Source: Bacteroidota bacterium
GTDB taxonomy: Bacteria; Bacteroidota; Bacteroidia; M30B66
Assembly: GCA_027490225.1 (NCBI GenBank)
Contig: JAIXYK010000006.1
Coordinates: 1,304-65,303 of the forward strand
Direction: 5' to 3'
DNA: 64,000 nt
In this document: positions 41,665-51,070 of the stretch, in pieces
Numbering within the stretch: position 1 is the first letter of the stretch
Layout of the letters: each line of letters begins with the position of its first letter
Notes under the pieces: generated by a model
What the model was told of the DNA's origin: nothing
Database searches by the model: none
The model's input: only the letters and a program-made list of their open reading frames with translations
Position numbers and translations under genes: made by a program

Positions 41665-42939
41665 ATGCTAAGAACCTTCTTAGTTCTACTATGCTTAACC
41701 ACTTGCTGGGCTGCCAAAGCCCAGCAAGTGGCTTTGCGTATTAGTAATGGCAGTTTTGAAGAATTTAGTATAACTAACCCTTTTAATCAAAATCTTTTTT
41801 TTTTCTATGATAATAACTATTCAGACACCTTGTTAAATTGGTATAGCCGAGGATGGGGGGTTGCTATGGAGGATGGAAACTGTCTTGACAATGATAATTC
41901 ATTCGATAGTCCTGACACTGCTATAAAACCAGTTACTGGTAATTTTTATATTCATTTTTCATCTCATGTTAACTTACCTGCAATATGGGATACAGATTTC
42001 CCCAACTATATTATTGGAGGTTTCGGCCAAAAAACATTATGTTCATTTATAAAAGATGTAAAGTACAAAATTAGTTTTTATAGCAGTTATGATACAACAC
42101 TAAATTTTCAATTTGTAGAAAATGGAGTTTGTCAACTAGTCCCTAAAAAATTTAGAAAACCTAAATTAAGCGTATTTTTAGGGAATAAAGAGGTTGGTAC
42201 AAGTTTTTTTAATTGGTTTAATAATACTAGTGCATCATATCAAATAATACTTAATGAATATCAAGTATCCTATAAAACATGGCAAAAAATTGATATAGAA
42301 TTTACCCCAAATGATGATTATGAGTACATATACTTTAACAACATAACAAGTGACGTGACTCTACAATCAGCTTCAAATTCTGTTTTGAAAGTTTATGGAG
42401 CAATATTGTTAGACGCCGTTAGCGATATTTATTATGCAGAGCCAACATATATATTACCGACTGTTGACACATTAGAATCAGGCAGTTGCTACACATTTTC
42501 ACCTAATAACATTCACCCATATACAACTTCTCATCGCTGGGCTATTTTGGGAGATTCTATTTTTTCAACCGAAGCAACGCCTTCAGTTTGCCCCACAGTA
42601 ACAACCACTTACGTTGTATTAAGCAATGACAACTGCGGTTGGGCCGAAAGTGATACTATTACCATTGTTGTAAAACCTAAATTGGAACCACCAGCAATAC
42701 CAGAAGATTTTTTCAATGCTTACGCTAACAATGCTTTTGCTAATCAACAACTAAACATTAATAGTAGCCAGAGCGGCACCCTATTTTTATTTGACGCTGC
42801 TGGAAGACTTATTGGTTCCTTCCAGTTTCCAAAAGGAGATAGTACGCTGCCACTCCAACTTGCCGCAGGTGTTTATATGTTTGATGCCAAACTTGCTAAC
42901 GGGCAAAATAAGAATGATAAGGTTATTATGATAAAATAG
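41665..42939 (+). CDS. Secreted protein with a CHU_C-type Ig-like module and a T9SS C-terminal domain, co-oriented with the upstream beta-helix gene across a 6-nt gap
   Basis: There is a signal peptide (MLRTFLVLLCLTTCWAAKAQQ). The Ig-like module is GSCYTFSPNN...TTTYVVLSNDNCGWAESDTITIVV. The C-terminus GTLFLFDAAGRLIGSFQFP...AGVYMFDAKL...KVIMIK is CTD-like. Confidence 0.6.
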   Translation: MLRTFLVLLCLTTCWAAKAQQVALRISNGSFEEFSITNPFNQNLFFFYDNNYSDTLLNWYSRGWGVAMEDGNCLDNDNSFDSPDTAIKPVTGNFYIHFSSHVNLPAIWDTDFPNYIIGGFGQKTLCSFIKDVKYKISFYSSYDTTLNFQFVENGVCQLVPKKFRKPKLSVFLGNKEVGTSFFNWFNNTSASYQIILNEYQVSYKTWQKIDIEFTPNDDYEYIYFNNITSDVTLQSASNSVLKVYGAILLDAVSDIYYAEPTYILPTVDTLESGSCYTFSPNNIHPYTTSHRWAILGDSIFSTEATPSVCPTVTTTYVVLSNDNCGWAESDTITIVVKPKLEPPAIPEDFFNAYANNAFANQQLNINSSQSGTLFLFDAAGRLIGSFQFPKGDSTLPLQLAAGVYMFDAKLANGQNKNDKVIMIK

Positions 42940-43018
42940 CAGATTTATCTTCTATAATTAGCTTCTTTTATTTTTAATTTAAGCTAATTGAGGGAATCTA
43001 ATTTAGTAGGAAAATCCT

Positions 43019-43058
43019 GTAAAATAAAAAAGCCGCAACATTTTGAAATGCTGCGGCT
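43019..43058. repeat. 40-bp direct repeat copy 2, acting as a bidirectional terminator 3' of atpG
   Basis: Identical to 37001-37040. It lies 22 nt after the atpG stop on the minus strand. Confidence 0.9.
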
Positions 43059-43079
43059 TCTGCTGAAAATCTAAATTTT

Positions 43080-43967
43080 CTACCCATTCAAAGCTTCTGC
43101 TCCGCCTACAATCTCCAAAATTTCATTGGTAATTGCCGCTTGACGTGCTTTATTGTAGGATAATTTCAATTCTTTAATCAAGTCTTTTGCATTGTCTGTT
43201 GCTTTATTCATGGCCGTCATACGTGCACCATGTTCTGCAGCATGAGAATCTAACAATGCTTTGTAAAACTGAACCTTTAATGATTTTGGAATTAATTCCG
43301 TAACAATAGTAGCTTGGTTAGGTTCGAAAATATAATCAGTTGATACCGCCTTTTTTGCATTCTTAGGCAACTCGTTAGGAAGTACAGGAAGAAACTGCTC
43401 TTCTGTTGGAATCTGCACAGCCGCGTTTTTAAACTGGTTGTAAACAAGTTCTACCCTATCGAATTCTTTATTTACGAAGCCATCCATAATTCTTTGAACC
43501 ACTGGAGTTGCAAGGGAGAATGTAAGTTTATCAAATAACTCATTATGAGAACTTAATAAATTCAACTTGTTTTTTGTGATATAATCAGTTGCCTTTTTCC
43601 CTACTGTAATAAATGAAACGTTGCCTGAATTAAATTGGTTTGCATACTTTTCTGTAGTAAGTTGGCGTACAATTTTCAATACATTGGTATTGAACGCTCC
43701 AGCCAAACCTCTGTTAGAAGTTATTGCAACAATTAAAACTTTTTTGGGCTCACGCTGAACTGAATAAGCACCTCCTTCGCTTGCATCAACACTTCCACTT
43801 AAGTTACCCAAAATATCGCGCAACTTTTCTGCATATGGTCGCATTTGAACAATTGCATCTTGTGCACGGCGCAACTTAGCTGCCGATACCATTTTCATAG
43901 CACTGGTAATTTGTTGCGTAGATGTTACTGATACAATCCTATTACGGACTTCTTTTAAATTCGCCAT
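43080..43967 (-). CDS. atpG: ATP synthase F1 gamma subunit
   Basis: MANLKEVRNRIVSVTSTQQITSAMKMVSAAKLRRAQ is present, and the protein is 295 aa. Confidence 0.95.
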   Translation of the reverse strand: MANLKEVRNRIVSVTSTQQITSAMKMVSAAKLRRAQDAIVQMRPYAEKLRDILGNLSGSVDASEGGAYSVQREPKKVLIVAITSNRGLAGAFNTNVLKIVRQLTTEKYANQFNSGNVSFITVGKKATDYITKNKLNLLSSHNELFDKLTFSLATPVVQRIMDGFVNKEFDRVELVYNQFKNAAVQIPTEEQFLPVLPNELPKNAKKAVSTDYIFEPNQATIVTELIPKSLKVQFYKALLDSHAAEHGARMTAMNKATDNAKDLIKELKLSYNKARQAAITNEILEIVGGAEALNG

Positions 43968-43996
43968 TTATGACCTTTTTTTAAAGGATAAATAAA

Positions 43997-45580
43997 TTAT
44001 TTAGTTGCGTAACGAGATGAAATATCGCGTGCTACTTTTTCTAAAACATCAGTTAATTCGTCCGTAAATTTTCCTGCTTTTAAGGAATTCATTACATCTT
44101 TATGAGAAGTGTTCAACATTGCTAAGTAATCAGCTTCAAACTCCTTCACTTTATTAACAGGAACTGCACGCATCAAACCTTTAACACCTGCATAAATAAT
44201 TGCAACTTGATCTTCCACTTTAAATGGAGAATACTGAGGTTGTTTTAAGATTTCAACGTTACGTGAACCTTTATCTAATACCGATTTTGTAGCAGCATCT
44301 AAGTCTGAACCAAATTTCGCGAAAGCTTCTAATTCGCGGTATTGTGCTTGGTCAAGTTTTAATGTACCAGCAACTTTCTTCATAGATTTAATTTGCGCGT
44401 TACCACCAACACGAGATACAGAAATACCCACGTTAATTGCTGGACGAACACCAGAGTTAAATAAGTTTGACTCTAAGAAAATCTGACCATCTGTGATAGA
44501 AATTACGTTAGTCGGAATATATGCAGAAACGTCGCCCGCTTGTGTTTCAATAATTGGTAATGCCGTTAAAGAACCACCACCTTTTACTTTACCTTTCAAT
44601 GAATCTGGTAAATCGTTCATTTGTTGAGCAATTTCGTCTGAAGCATTGATTTTTGCCGCACGCTCTAGTAATCTGCTGTGTAAGTAGAAAACGTCACCAG
44701 GATACGCCTCACGTCCTGGTGGACGACGTAACAGCAAAGAAACCTCACGGTAAGCTACTGCTTGTTTCGACAAATCATCATAGATAATTAATGCCGGACG
44801 ACCAGTATCGCGGAAAAATTCACCAATTGCAACTCCTGCGAATGGCGCATAGAACTGCATTGGAGCTGGGTCAGAAGCTGTTGCAGAAACAATAACTGTG
44901 TAAGCCATTGCTCCGTTTTCTTCTAGCGTTTTTACAATGTTTGCAACTGTAGAACCTTTTTGTCCGATTGCAACATATATACAGAATACAGGTTGACCTG
45001 CATCATAAAATTCTTTTTGATTGATAATAGTATCGATACAAACGGCAGTTTTACCAGTTTGACGGTCACCGATAACCAACTCACGCTGGCCACGACCAAT
45101 TGGAATCATCGCATCAATCGCTTTGATACCTGTTTGAAGAGGTTCAGTAACTGGTTGGCGGTAAATTACACCCGGTGCTTTTCTTTCGAAAGGCATTTCG
45201 ATTAATTCGCCAGTGATTGGGCCTTTACCATCAATTGGTTCTCCTTTGGTATTTACAACACGACCAAGAAGACCTTCGCCTACCTGAAGAGAAGCAATAC
45301 GACGTGTACGTTTTGCAATATCACCTTCTTTAATGCTGTTAGAACTTCCTAACAATACTGCACCTACATTGTCTTCTTCTAAGTTCAAAACGATGCCTTG
45401 CAATCCATTAGAAAATTCAATTAATTCTCCAGATTGAACGTTGTTTAGTCCATAAATACGGGCAATACCGTCGCCCACTTGGAGCACTGTACCTACTTCT
45501 TCTAATTGTGAATCAGAAGTAAAACCCGATAATTGTTGTTTTAAAATTGCAGTAACTTCTGCTGGTTTAATTTCAGCCAT
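43997..45580 (-). CDS. atpA: ATP synthase F1 alpha subunit
   Basis: The Walker A motif GDRQTGKTA and overall alpha-subunit conservation across 527 aa. Confidence 0.95.
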   Translation of the reverse strand: MAEIKPAEVTAILKQQLSGFTSDSQLEEVGTVLQVGDGIARIYGLNNVQSGELIEFSNGLQGIVLNLEEDNVGAVLLGSSNSIKEGDIAKRTRRIASLQVGEGLLGRVVNTKGEPIDGKGPITGELIEMPFERKAPGVIYRQPVTEPLQTGIKAIDAMIPIGRGQRELVIGDRQTGKTAVCIDTIINQKEFYDAGQPVFCIYVAIGQKGSTVANIVKTLEENGAMAYTVIVSATASDPAPMQFYAPFAGVAIGEFFRDTGRPALIIYDDLSKQAVAYREVSLLLRRPPGREAYPGDVFYLHSRLLERAAKINASDEIAQQMNDLPDSLKGKVKGGGSLTALPIIETQAGDVSAYIPTNVISITDGQIFLESNLFNSGVRPAINVGISVSRVGGNAQIKSMKKVAGTLKLDQAQYRELEAFAKFGSDLDAATKSVLDKGSRNVEILKQPQYSPFKVEDQVAIIYAGVKGLMRAVPVNKVKEFEADYLAMLNTSHKDVMNSLKAGKFTDELTDVLEKVARDISSRYATK

Positions 45581-45619
45581 GATGTTGTTTTATGGTTGTG
45601 TGGAAATTTCCACGGTGAA

Positions 45620-46177
45620 TCAATAATCTTTAACGTATAAGTTTTTTTCAAATTCGCGTCTCAACAAATTGATGTCTCGTTCTACACTTGTATCAATTTG
45701 CTTATTAGAAAAACGTAAGATAAAACCTCCAATAACTGAAGGATCAACTATTTCTTCTAATTGCACAGTGTGATTGCTATGTTTTGCAACAATTGCAATA
45801 ATTTGTTTTCTAAATGCTTCGTCAATTTTATATGCAGTAGTTAATTGTGCTTCTTCAATTCCATTATTTTCTAGGTGAAGAATTACAAATTGACGTGCAA
45901 TTTGAGCAACATACATTTCTCTTCTCTTTTTAACGATAAGGTCAAGAAATGCAGCACTTGTAGCAGAAATATTACTTGTAAAGACAGCTTTTAAAATAGC
46001 TTCTTTTTTATCAGAATGAATAATAGGGCTTTGAAGCAAAACGGCAAGGTCACGGTTCTCATTGATGGTTTTATCAATCAACTCCATGTCTTTACTAACT
46101 ACCTCGAGTTCTTTGCGTTCTACGGCCAAATTAAACAATGCCCGTGCATAGCGTATCGCAGCTTTTGTTTCCTGCAT
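45620..46177 (-). CDS. atpH: ATP synthase F1 delta subunit (OSCP)
   Basis: The 185-aa protein lies between atpF and atpA, and the AIRYARALF N-terminus is typical. Confidence 0.85.
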   Translation of the reverse strand: MQETKAAIRYARALFNLAVERKELEVVSKDMELIDKTINENRDLAVLLQSPIIHSDKKEAILKAVFTSNISATSAAFLDLIVKKRREMYVAQIARQFVILHLENNGIEEAQLTTAYKIDEAFRKQIIAIVAKHSNHTVQLEEIVDPSVIGGFILRFSNKQIDTSVERDINLLRREFEKNLYVKDY

Positions 46178-46183
46178 GGTTTC

Positions 46184-46678
46184 TTAGTTCAATTTTAAAT
46201 CAGCAATCAATTTATTCGAAAGCTCTTTTTGTTTCTCGTCAGAAGAAAGATTTTGCTTCACCAATTTTTCAGCAATTTCTAAAGACAAAATAGCTACTTG
46301 ATTTTTCAATTCAGTGATAGCAGCCAATTTCTCATTTTTAATTGCTTCGCGGGCAATAGAAATAATTCTTTCTGCTTCTTCTGTAGCTTTAGTGCGTGCT
46401 TCACTTACAATCATTTCTTTTGCTTCTCTTGCAGATTTCAATAAAGCATCACGCTCTAGCTGTGCATCACGCAAAAGTTGCTCATTGTTTGATTGCAACT
46501 TAGCCATTTCTTTCTTTGCATTTTCAGCACTACTTAAAGCGTTTTCAATAGATTGTTCGCGCTCTTTGATGGCATTCATGATTGGCTTCCATGCAAATTT
46601 GCTCAATAAGAACAACACCGTTAAAAAGGTGAGGGTCATCCAAAATACAAGACCAATTTCTGGGGTAATTAAATTCAT
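46184..46678 (-). CDS. atpF: ATP synthase F0 B subunit
   Basis: A single N-terminal TM segment is followed by a long charged coiled coil. The position in the operon fits. Confidence 0.85.
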   Translation of the reverse strand: MNLITPEIGLVFWMTLTFLTVLFLLSKFAWKPIMNAIKEREQSIENALSSAENAKKEMAKLQSNNEQLLRDAQLERDALLKSAREAKEMIVSEARTKATEEAERIISIAREAIKNEKLAAITELKNQVAILSLEIAEKLVKQNLSSDEKQKELSNKLIADLKLN

Positions 46679-46764
46679 GTTGAAATAGAATTGAGATTTT
46701 TTTTCGTTTAACTAGTAAACCTGTCGAGCCGCCAACCGCATTTCGACAGGTTTAAGAATTTGAA

Positions 46765-47031
<267 letters not shown>

Positions 47032-47055
47032 TTAAGGGTTAAACAAAAATTAAAA

Positions 47056-48249
47056 TTAATGAGCGTGTTCAGTTGCATGTTCTTCGTGGTGATGTGCCTC
47101 TTCTATTGCAGAACCAAAATAAATGGCAGACAATAAAGTAAATACATATGCTTGTAGAAATGCTACCAGCAATTCCAAAAAGAACATAAAGACAGTAAAT
47201 AACCAAGATGCGATTCCCACTCCGAAACCTGCACCTAAATTTTTCCCTCCATCACCAAACATGAAAATCAAACTGAAGAATGCCAAAGCAATGATGTGAC
47301 CTGCAGTAATGTTAGCAAATAGTCGTATCATCAATACGAATGGGCGAAGAAAAACACCTAAGATTTCAATTGGTGTAAGAATGATTAATACCCATTTTGG
47401 AACACCTGGCATTGCGAAAATATGTCCCCAGTAATGCGCATTTCCATTGAAACAAGTAATTAAAAAAGTAATAACTGCTAAAGTTAAAGCAATGGCAATG
47501 TTTCCTGTAAGATTTGCTCCTCCCGGAAGAATTGGAATTAAACCTAATAGATTAGCAATCCATATAAAAAAGAATACACTCAATAAATAAGGCATGAACT
47601 TCTCATACTTTTTACCAATACTTGGTTTTGCGAGGTCATCACGCACAAACATGATAATTGGTTCAACAAAACTTTGCATTCCTCTTGGAGTTTGCCCTGG
47701 TCTTTTCGTGTATGCTTTTGCAACAGAAATAAAAATGAAAAGCATTATTCCTGCAACGAAAAACATAGTTAAAACATTCTTGGTAATGCTTAAATCAATT
47801 AATGAAGCGTGCTCTACAATTTGACCATTCTCAACTAATTTGATTTTCTCTTCTTCTAAACGGTAAGTATTCTTGCCAACATAATCTTGCAAATGATGCG
47901 TTTCGTGGTTGCGGAAATTGTTAGAAGAGAAAATTTCCAAACCTTTATCGGTGTAAACTATAACTGGTAAAGCAATGTGTGTATGTCCCCATAAATGCCA
48001 ATCGTGTGCATCACCAATGTGTTCAGTAATCATACGACCTGGATCAAATGCCTCAGAATGAACCTCATGACTCTCTTCTGCGTGCATTTCAGTTGTTGCG
48101 GTATGCACTTCAGTTGCTGTTGTATCAACAGTTGATATTGAATCAGAATGGTTTGAAGCAGCTGCAGCATGGTCGTGCTGAGCGAAAGAAAATGAAATGA
48201 TTAAGGTAAATAATACAGTAAAAACAGCGTGAAGTGTAAATTTTGACAT
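47056..48249 (-). CDS. atpB: ATP synthase F0 A subunit with His-rich N-terminal and C-terminal extensions
   Basis: The conserved a-subunit core (LRLFANITAGH...) is present. The start was set at MSKFTLHAVF (ATG at 48249). The N-terminal extension has about 20 His in ~130 residues. The C-terminal tail is EEAHHHEEHATEHAH. Confidence 0.85.
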   Translation of the reverse strand: MSKFTLHAVFTVLFTLIISFSFAQHDHAAAASNHSDSISTVDTTATEVHTATTEMHAEESHEVHSEAFDPGRMITEHIGDAHDWHLWGHTHIALPVIVYTDKGLEIFSSNNFRNHETHHLQDYVGKNTYRLEEEKIKLVENGQIVEHASLIDLSITKNVLTMFFVAGIMLFIFISVAKAYTKRPGQTPRGMQSFVEPIIMFVRDDLAKPSIGKKYEKFMPYLLSVFFFIWIANLLGLIPILPGGANLTGNIAIALTLAVITFLITCFNGNAHYWGHIFAMPGVPKWVLIILTPIEILGVFLRPFVLMIRLFANITAGHIIALAFFSLIFMFGDGGKNLGAGFGVGIASWLFTVFMFFLELLVAFLQAYVFTLLSAIYFGSAIEEAHHHEEHATEHAH

Positions 48250-48496
48250 AGATAAAACTGTACTCGATGACATATATGAAAGGTTCCTTATTCGCGGTGC
48301 AAAAGTAGGAAAAAACATGCACCGCATACTTAGAATTTAAAAAATGATTGTATTTATTTTATTTACCTGATTAACAATTAATTAACTATTGTCAAATTTC
48401 AAAGTGTTTCATAGAACGCCCTAAATTCAAATGTAAAAAGACTAATTAAATCGAAGCTATTTACTACCTTCGCCCCTCAAATTATATATATTTATT

Positions 48497-49483
48497 ATGA
48501 TGAAAGAACTTATCGCTTCGTTTCCTGAGCAACTCGAAGAAGCAATCTCAATTTATAAATCAGCTCATCTAAAACCTTTAAAAAATAAAGTAAGCAATAT
48601 TCTAATCAGCGGTCTTGGAGGAAGTGGAATTGGAGGAAGCATTGTAGCTGAAATTGCGCAGGCATCGGTTAAAATTCCAATTATAATAGTAAAAGACTAT
48701 TCCCTTCCAGCTTGGGTAAATGAAAATACCTTGGTAATTATTTCATCTTATTCGGGAAATACAGAAGAGACTTTGCAAGTAATGGAAACCGCTATTGCAG
48801 CAAATGCAATGATAATCTGCATCACTTCAGGTGGTAAAGTATTAGAGTTGGCAAAAGAAAATGATTTTAATTACATTCAAATTCCTGGTGGAAACCCGCC
48901 TCGCGCTTGTCTAGGCTATTCACTTACGCAACTGTGCGGAATATTGGATTTTTATGAATTTAGCAGCGGTTTCATAACTTCTGTTGAAAATGGAATGAAG
49001 TTATTGAAATCTGAAAGAAACCAGATTAAACAAGAAGCAGAAGCCCTTGCAAAATCAATTGCTTTTAGCACTCCTGTTATTTATACTTCCTCTGGTTTCG
49101 AAGGAATTGCCATTAGGTTTAGGCAGCAACTCAACGAAAATGCAAAAATGCTCTGCTGGCATCATGTAGTGCCCGAAATGAATCACAACGAATTGGTTGG
49201 TTGGGTTGATAAATCGCCAAAAATTGCAGCTTTGTTTTTAAGAAATGAAAATGATTATTACCGCACTGCTAAACGCATGGACATTTGTAAGGAAATAATC
49301 TCTCAAATTGCTGGTAAAACGATAGAAATAAATTCTAAGGGTGCAGATACAATTGAGCAAATGTTGTATTGGATTCACTTGGGCGATTGGATTTCTTGGT
49401 TTGTTTCTGTGGAAAGAAATGTAGATGCCATGGAAATAAACGTCATTAACCGTTTAAAAGGAGAATTGGCAGATTTGAAATGA
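48497..49483 (+). CDS. Bifunctional phosphoglucose/phosphomannose isomerase family protein (SIS domain)
   Basis: The 328-aa ORF has the SIS fold motif ISGLGGSGIGGSI. Confidence 0.65.
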   Translation: MMKELIASFPEQLEEAISIYKSAHLKPLKNKVSNILISGLGGSGIGGSIVAEIAQASVKIPIIIVKDYSLPAWVNENTLVIISSYSGNTEETLQVMETAIAANAMIICITSGGKVLELAKENDFNYIQIPGGNPPRACLGYSLTQLCGILDFYEFSSGFITSVENGMKLLKSERNQIKQEAEALAKSIAFSTPVIYTSSGFEGIAIRFRQQLNENAKMLCWHHVVPEMNHNELVGWVDKSPKIAALFLRNENDYYRTAKRMDICKEIISQIAGKTIEINSKGADTIEQMLYWIHLGDWISWFVSVERNVDAMEINVINRLKGELADLK

Positions 49484-50214
49484 GATATGAAAAGCCTAAT
49501 CTTGAAATAGATATTGTTCACCTAGGAACAATAGACTTTAAGGCTGCTTGGGAAATTCAAGAAATTTATTTTAATAAAGTTGTTGAGCAAAAGCTCTATA
49601 ACAGAAATACTGAAGTTCAAGTACCAACGAAAAACTATTTACTTGTTTGTGAACATCCTTTGGTATACACACTCGGGAAAAGTGGAAAGGAAGATCACCT
49701 GTTGCTTTCAGAACAGCAATTAGAAGAGAAAGGTGCGAAATACTACAAAATAAACCGTGGTGGGGATATTACTCACCACGGACCTGGCCAATTGGTAATG
49801 TATCCTATTTTCGATTTGGAGAATTTTTTCACTGATATACATTTGTACTTAAGGTATCTGGAAGAAGCTGTGATGAATACTTTAAAACATTTCGATATTC
49901 TATCAGGCAGATTCGAAGGATACACGGGAGTTTGGATAGATGCGAACAAACCATCGGCACGTAAAATTTGCGCCATGGGCATTAAATGCAGCAGATGGGT
50001 AACCATGCATGGATTAGCATTAAACGTGAATAACAACCTCGATTTTTTCAATTATATTGTTCCTTGTGGAATCAAAGAAAAAGATGTGAGCAGTGTTCAA
50101 AAAGAATTAAACGGTGGAGCAATAACTGTTAATGATGTATCTTCTATTTTAATTGATGATATAATTAAGCAATTTGGAGCCTGTAAAGGCGTTGAAGAAA
50201 TATTAAATGCTTGA
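49480..50214 (+). CDS. lipB: Lipoyl(octanoyl) transferase
   Basis: KINRGGDITHHGPGQLVMYPI and CAMGIKC...GLALNV are present. The start overlaps the upstream stop (ATGA). Confidence 0.9.
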   Translation: MRYEKPNLEIDIVHLGTIDFKAAWEIQEIYFNKVVEQKLYNRNTEVQVPTKNYLLVCEHPLVYTLGKSGKEDHLLLSEQQLEEKGAKYYKINRGGDITHHGPGQLVMYPIFDLENFFTDIHLYLRYLEEAVMNTLKHFDILSGRFEGYTGVWIDANKPSARKICAMGIKCSRWVTMHGLALNVNNNLDFFNYIVPCGIKEKDVSSVQKELNGGAITVNDVSSILIDDIIKQFGACKGVEEILNA

Positions 50215-50257
50215 TGGCATTAATTTTGGTTCGGCTTTTCTAAATCCCAAAACACTT

Positions 50258-51064
50258 ATGCGTTTTACATCTTTTTTATTGCTTGTGATGATTCCTACTT
50301 TCGTGCAAGCCCAACAAGAAGCGATTACCAAAAATTTCGCTTTTAAAAGAGGAGAAAAATTAACCTACCGTGTTCATTATGGTTTTGTAGATGCCGGAGA
50401 GGCAACCATAGAAGTAACACAAGACAATTTAAAGTTCGGCAACGACCCCACATACCATTTATTAGGAACCGGAAAATCTTCAGGTTCTTTTGACTGGTTT
50501 TTTAAAGTGCGCGACCGTTATGATTCATACATTAGCGAAAGCACCTTATTGCCAAGATTATTTATGCGCAGAGTGGATGAAGGTGGTTTTATTATCAATC
50601 AAGATTATTCATTTAACCAAGTAACCAATCAGGTAACAGTAAAACGTGATGGAACGGATAAACCAAGAAATGCCATCAATAAAAAATTTGAAATTCCCGA
50701 TGCTTGTCATGATATTCTCTCTGCGTTTTACTTTGCAAGAAATGCAGATATCAGCAAAGTGAAAATTGGAGATATTATTAATCTGAATTCCTTTTTTGAT
50801 GAGGAATTGTTTCCTATGCAAGTAAAAATTGTAGGTCGTGAGGTGCTTAAAACCAAAATGGGTAAAATTCGGTGTATCGCACTCAGACCAATTATTCAAA
50901 AAGGAAGAGTTTTTAAAGAAGAAGAAGACCTTACCATGTGGGTAAGTGATGATATGAATAGGATTCCAGTTCGCTTGCAAGCCAATGTATTGGTAGGCTC
51001 CATTAAAATGGACATAAAATCAGCAACTAACTTGGCTAATCCGCTGGCAATAGTGGAGAAGTAG
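50258..51064 (+). CDS. DUF3108-like secreted protein
   Basis: The signal peptide is MRFTSFLLLVMIPTFVQAQ. RVHYGFVDAGEATIEV is typical of DUF3108. Confidence 0.5.
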   Translation: MRFTSFLLLVMIPTFVQAQQEAITKNFAFKRGEKLTYRVHYGFVDAGEATIEVTQDNLKFGNDPTYHLLGTGKSSGSFDWFFKVRDRYDSYISESTLLPRLFMRRVDEGGFIINQDYSFNQVTNQVTVKRDGTDKPRNAINKKFEIPDACHDILSAFYFARNADISKVKIGDIINLNSFFDEELFPMQVKIVGREVLKTKMGKIRCIALRPIIQKGRVFKEEEDLTMWVSDDMNRIPVRLQANVLVGSIKMDIKSATNLANPLAIVEK

Positions 51065-51070
51065 TAAATC

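Noticed and set aside
44960-45205. 81-aa plus-strand ORF, with similar small antisense ORFs inside atpA, glmS, leuS, pfkA and others
   Set aside because: They are embedded antisense in highly conserved genes and have no features.
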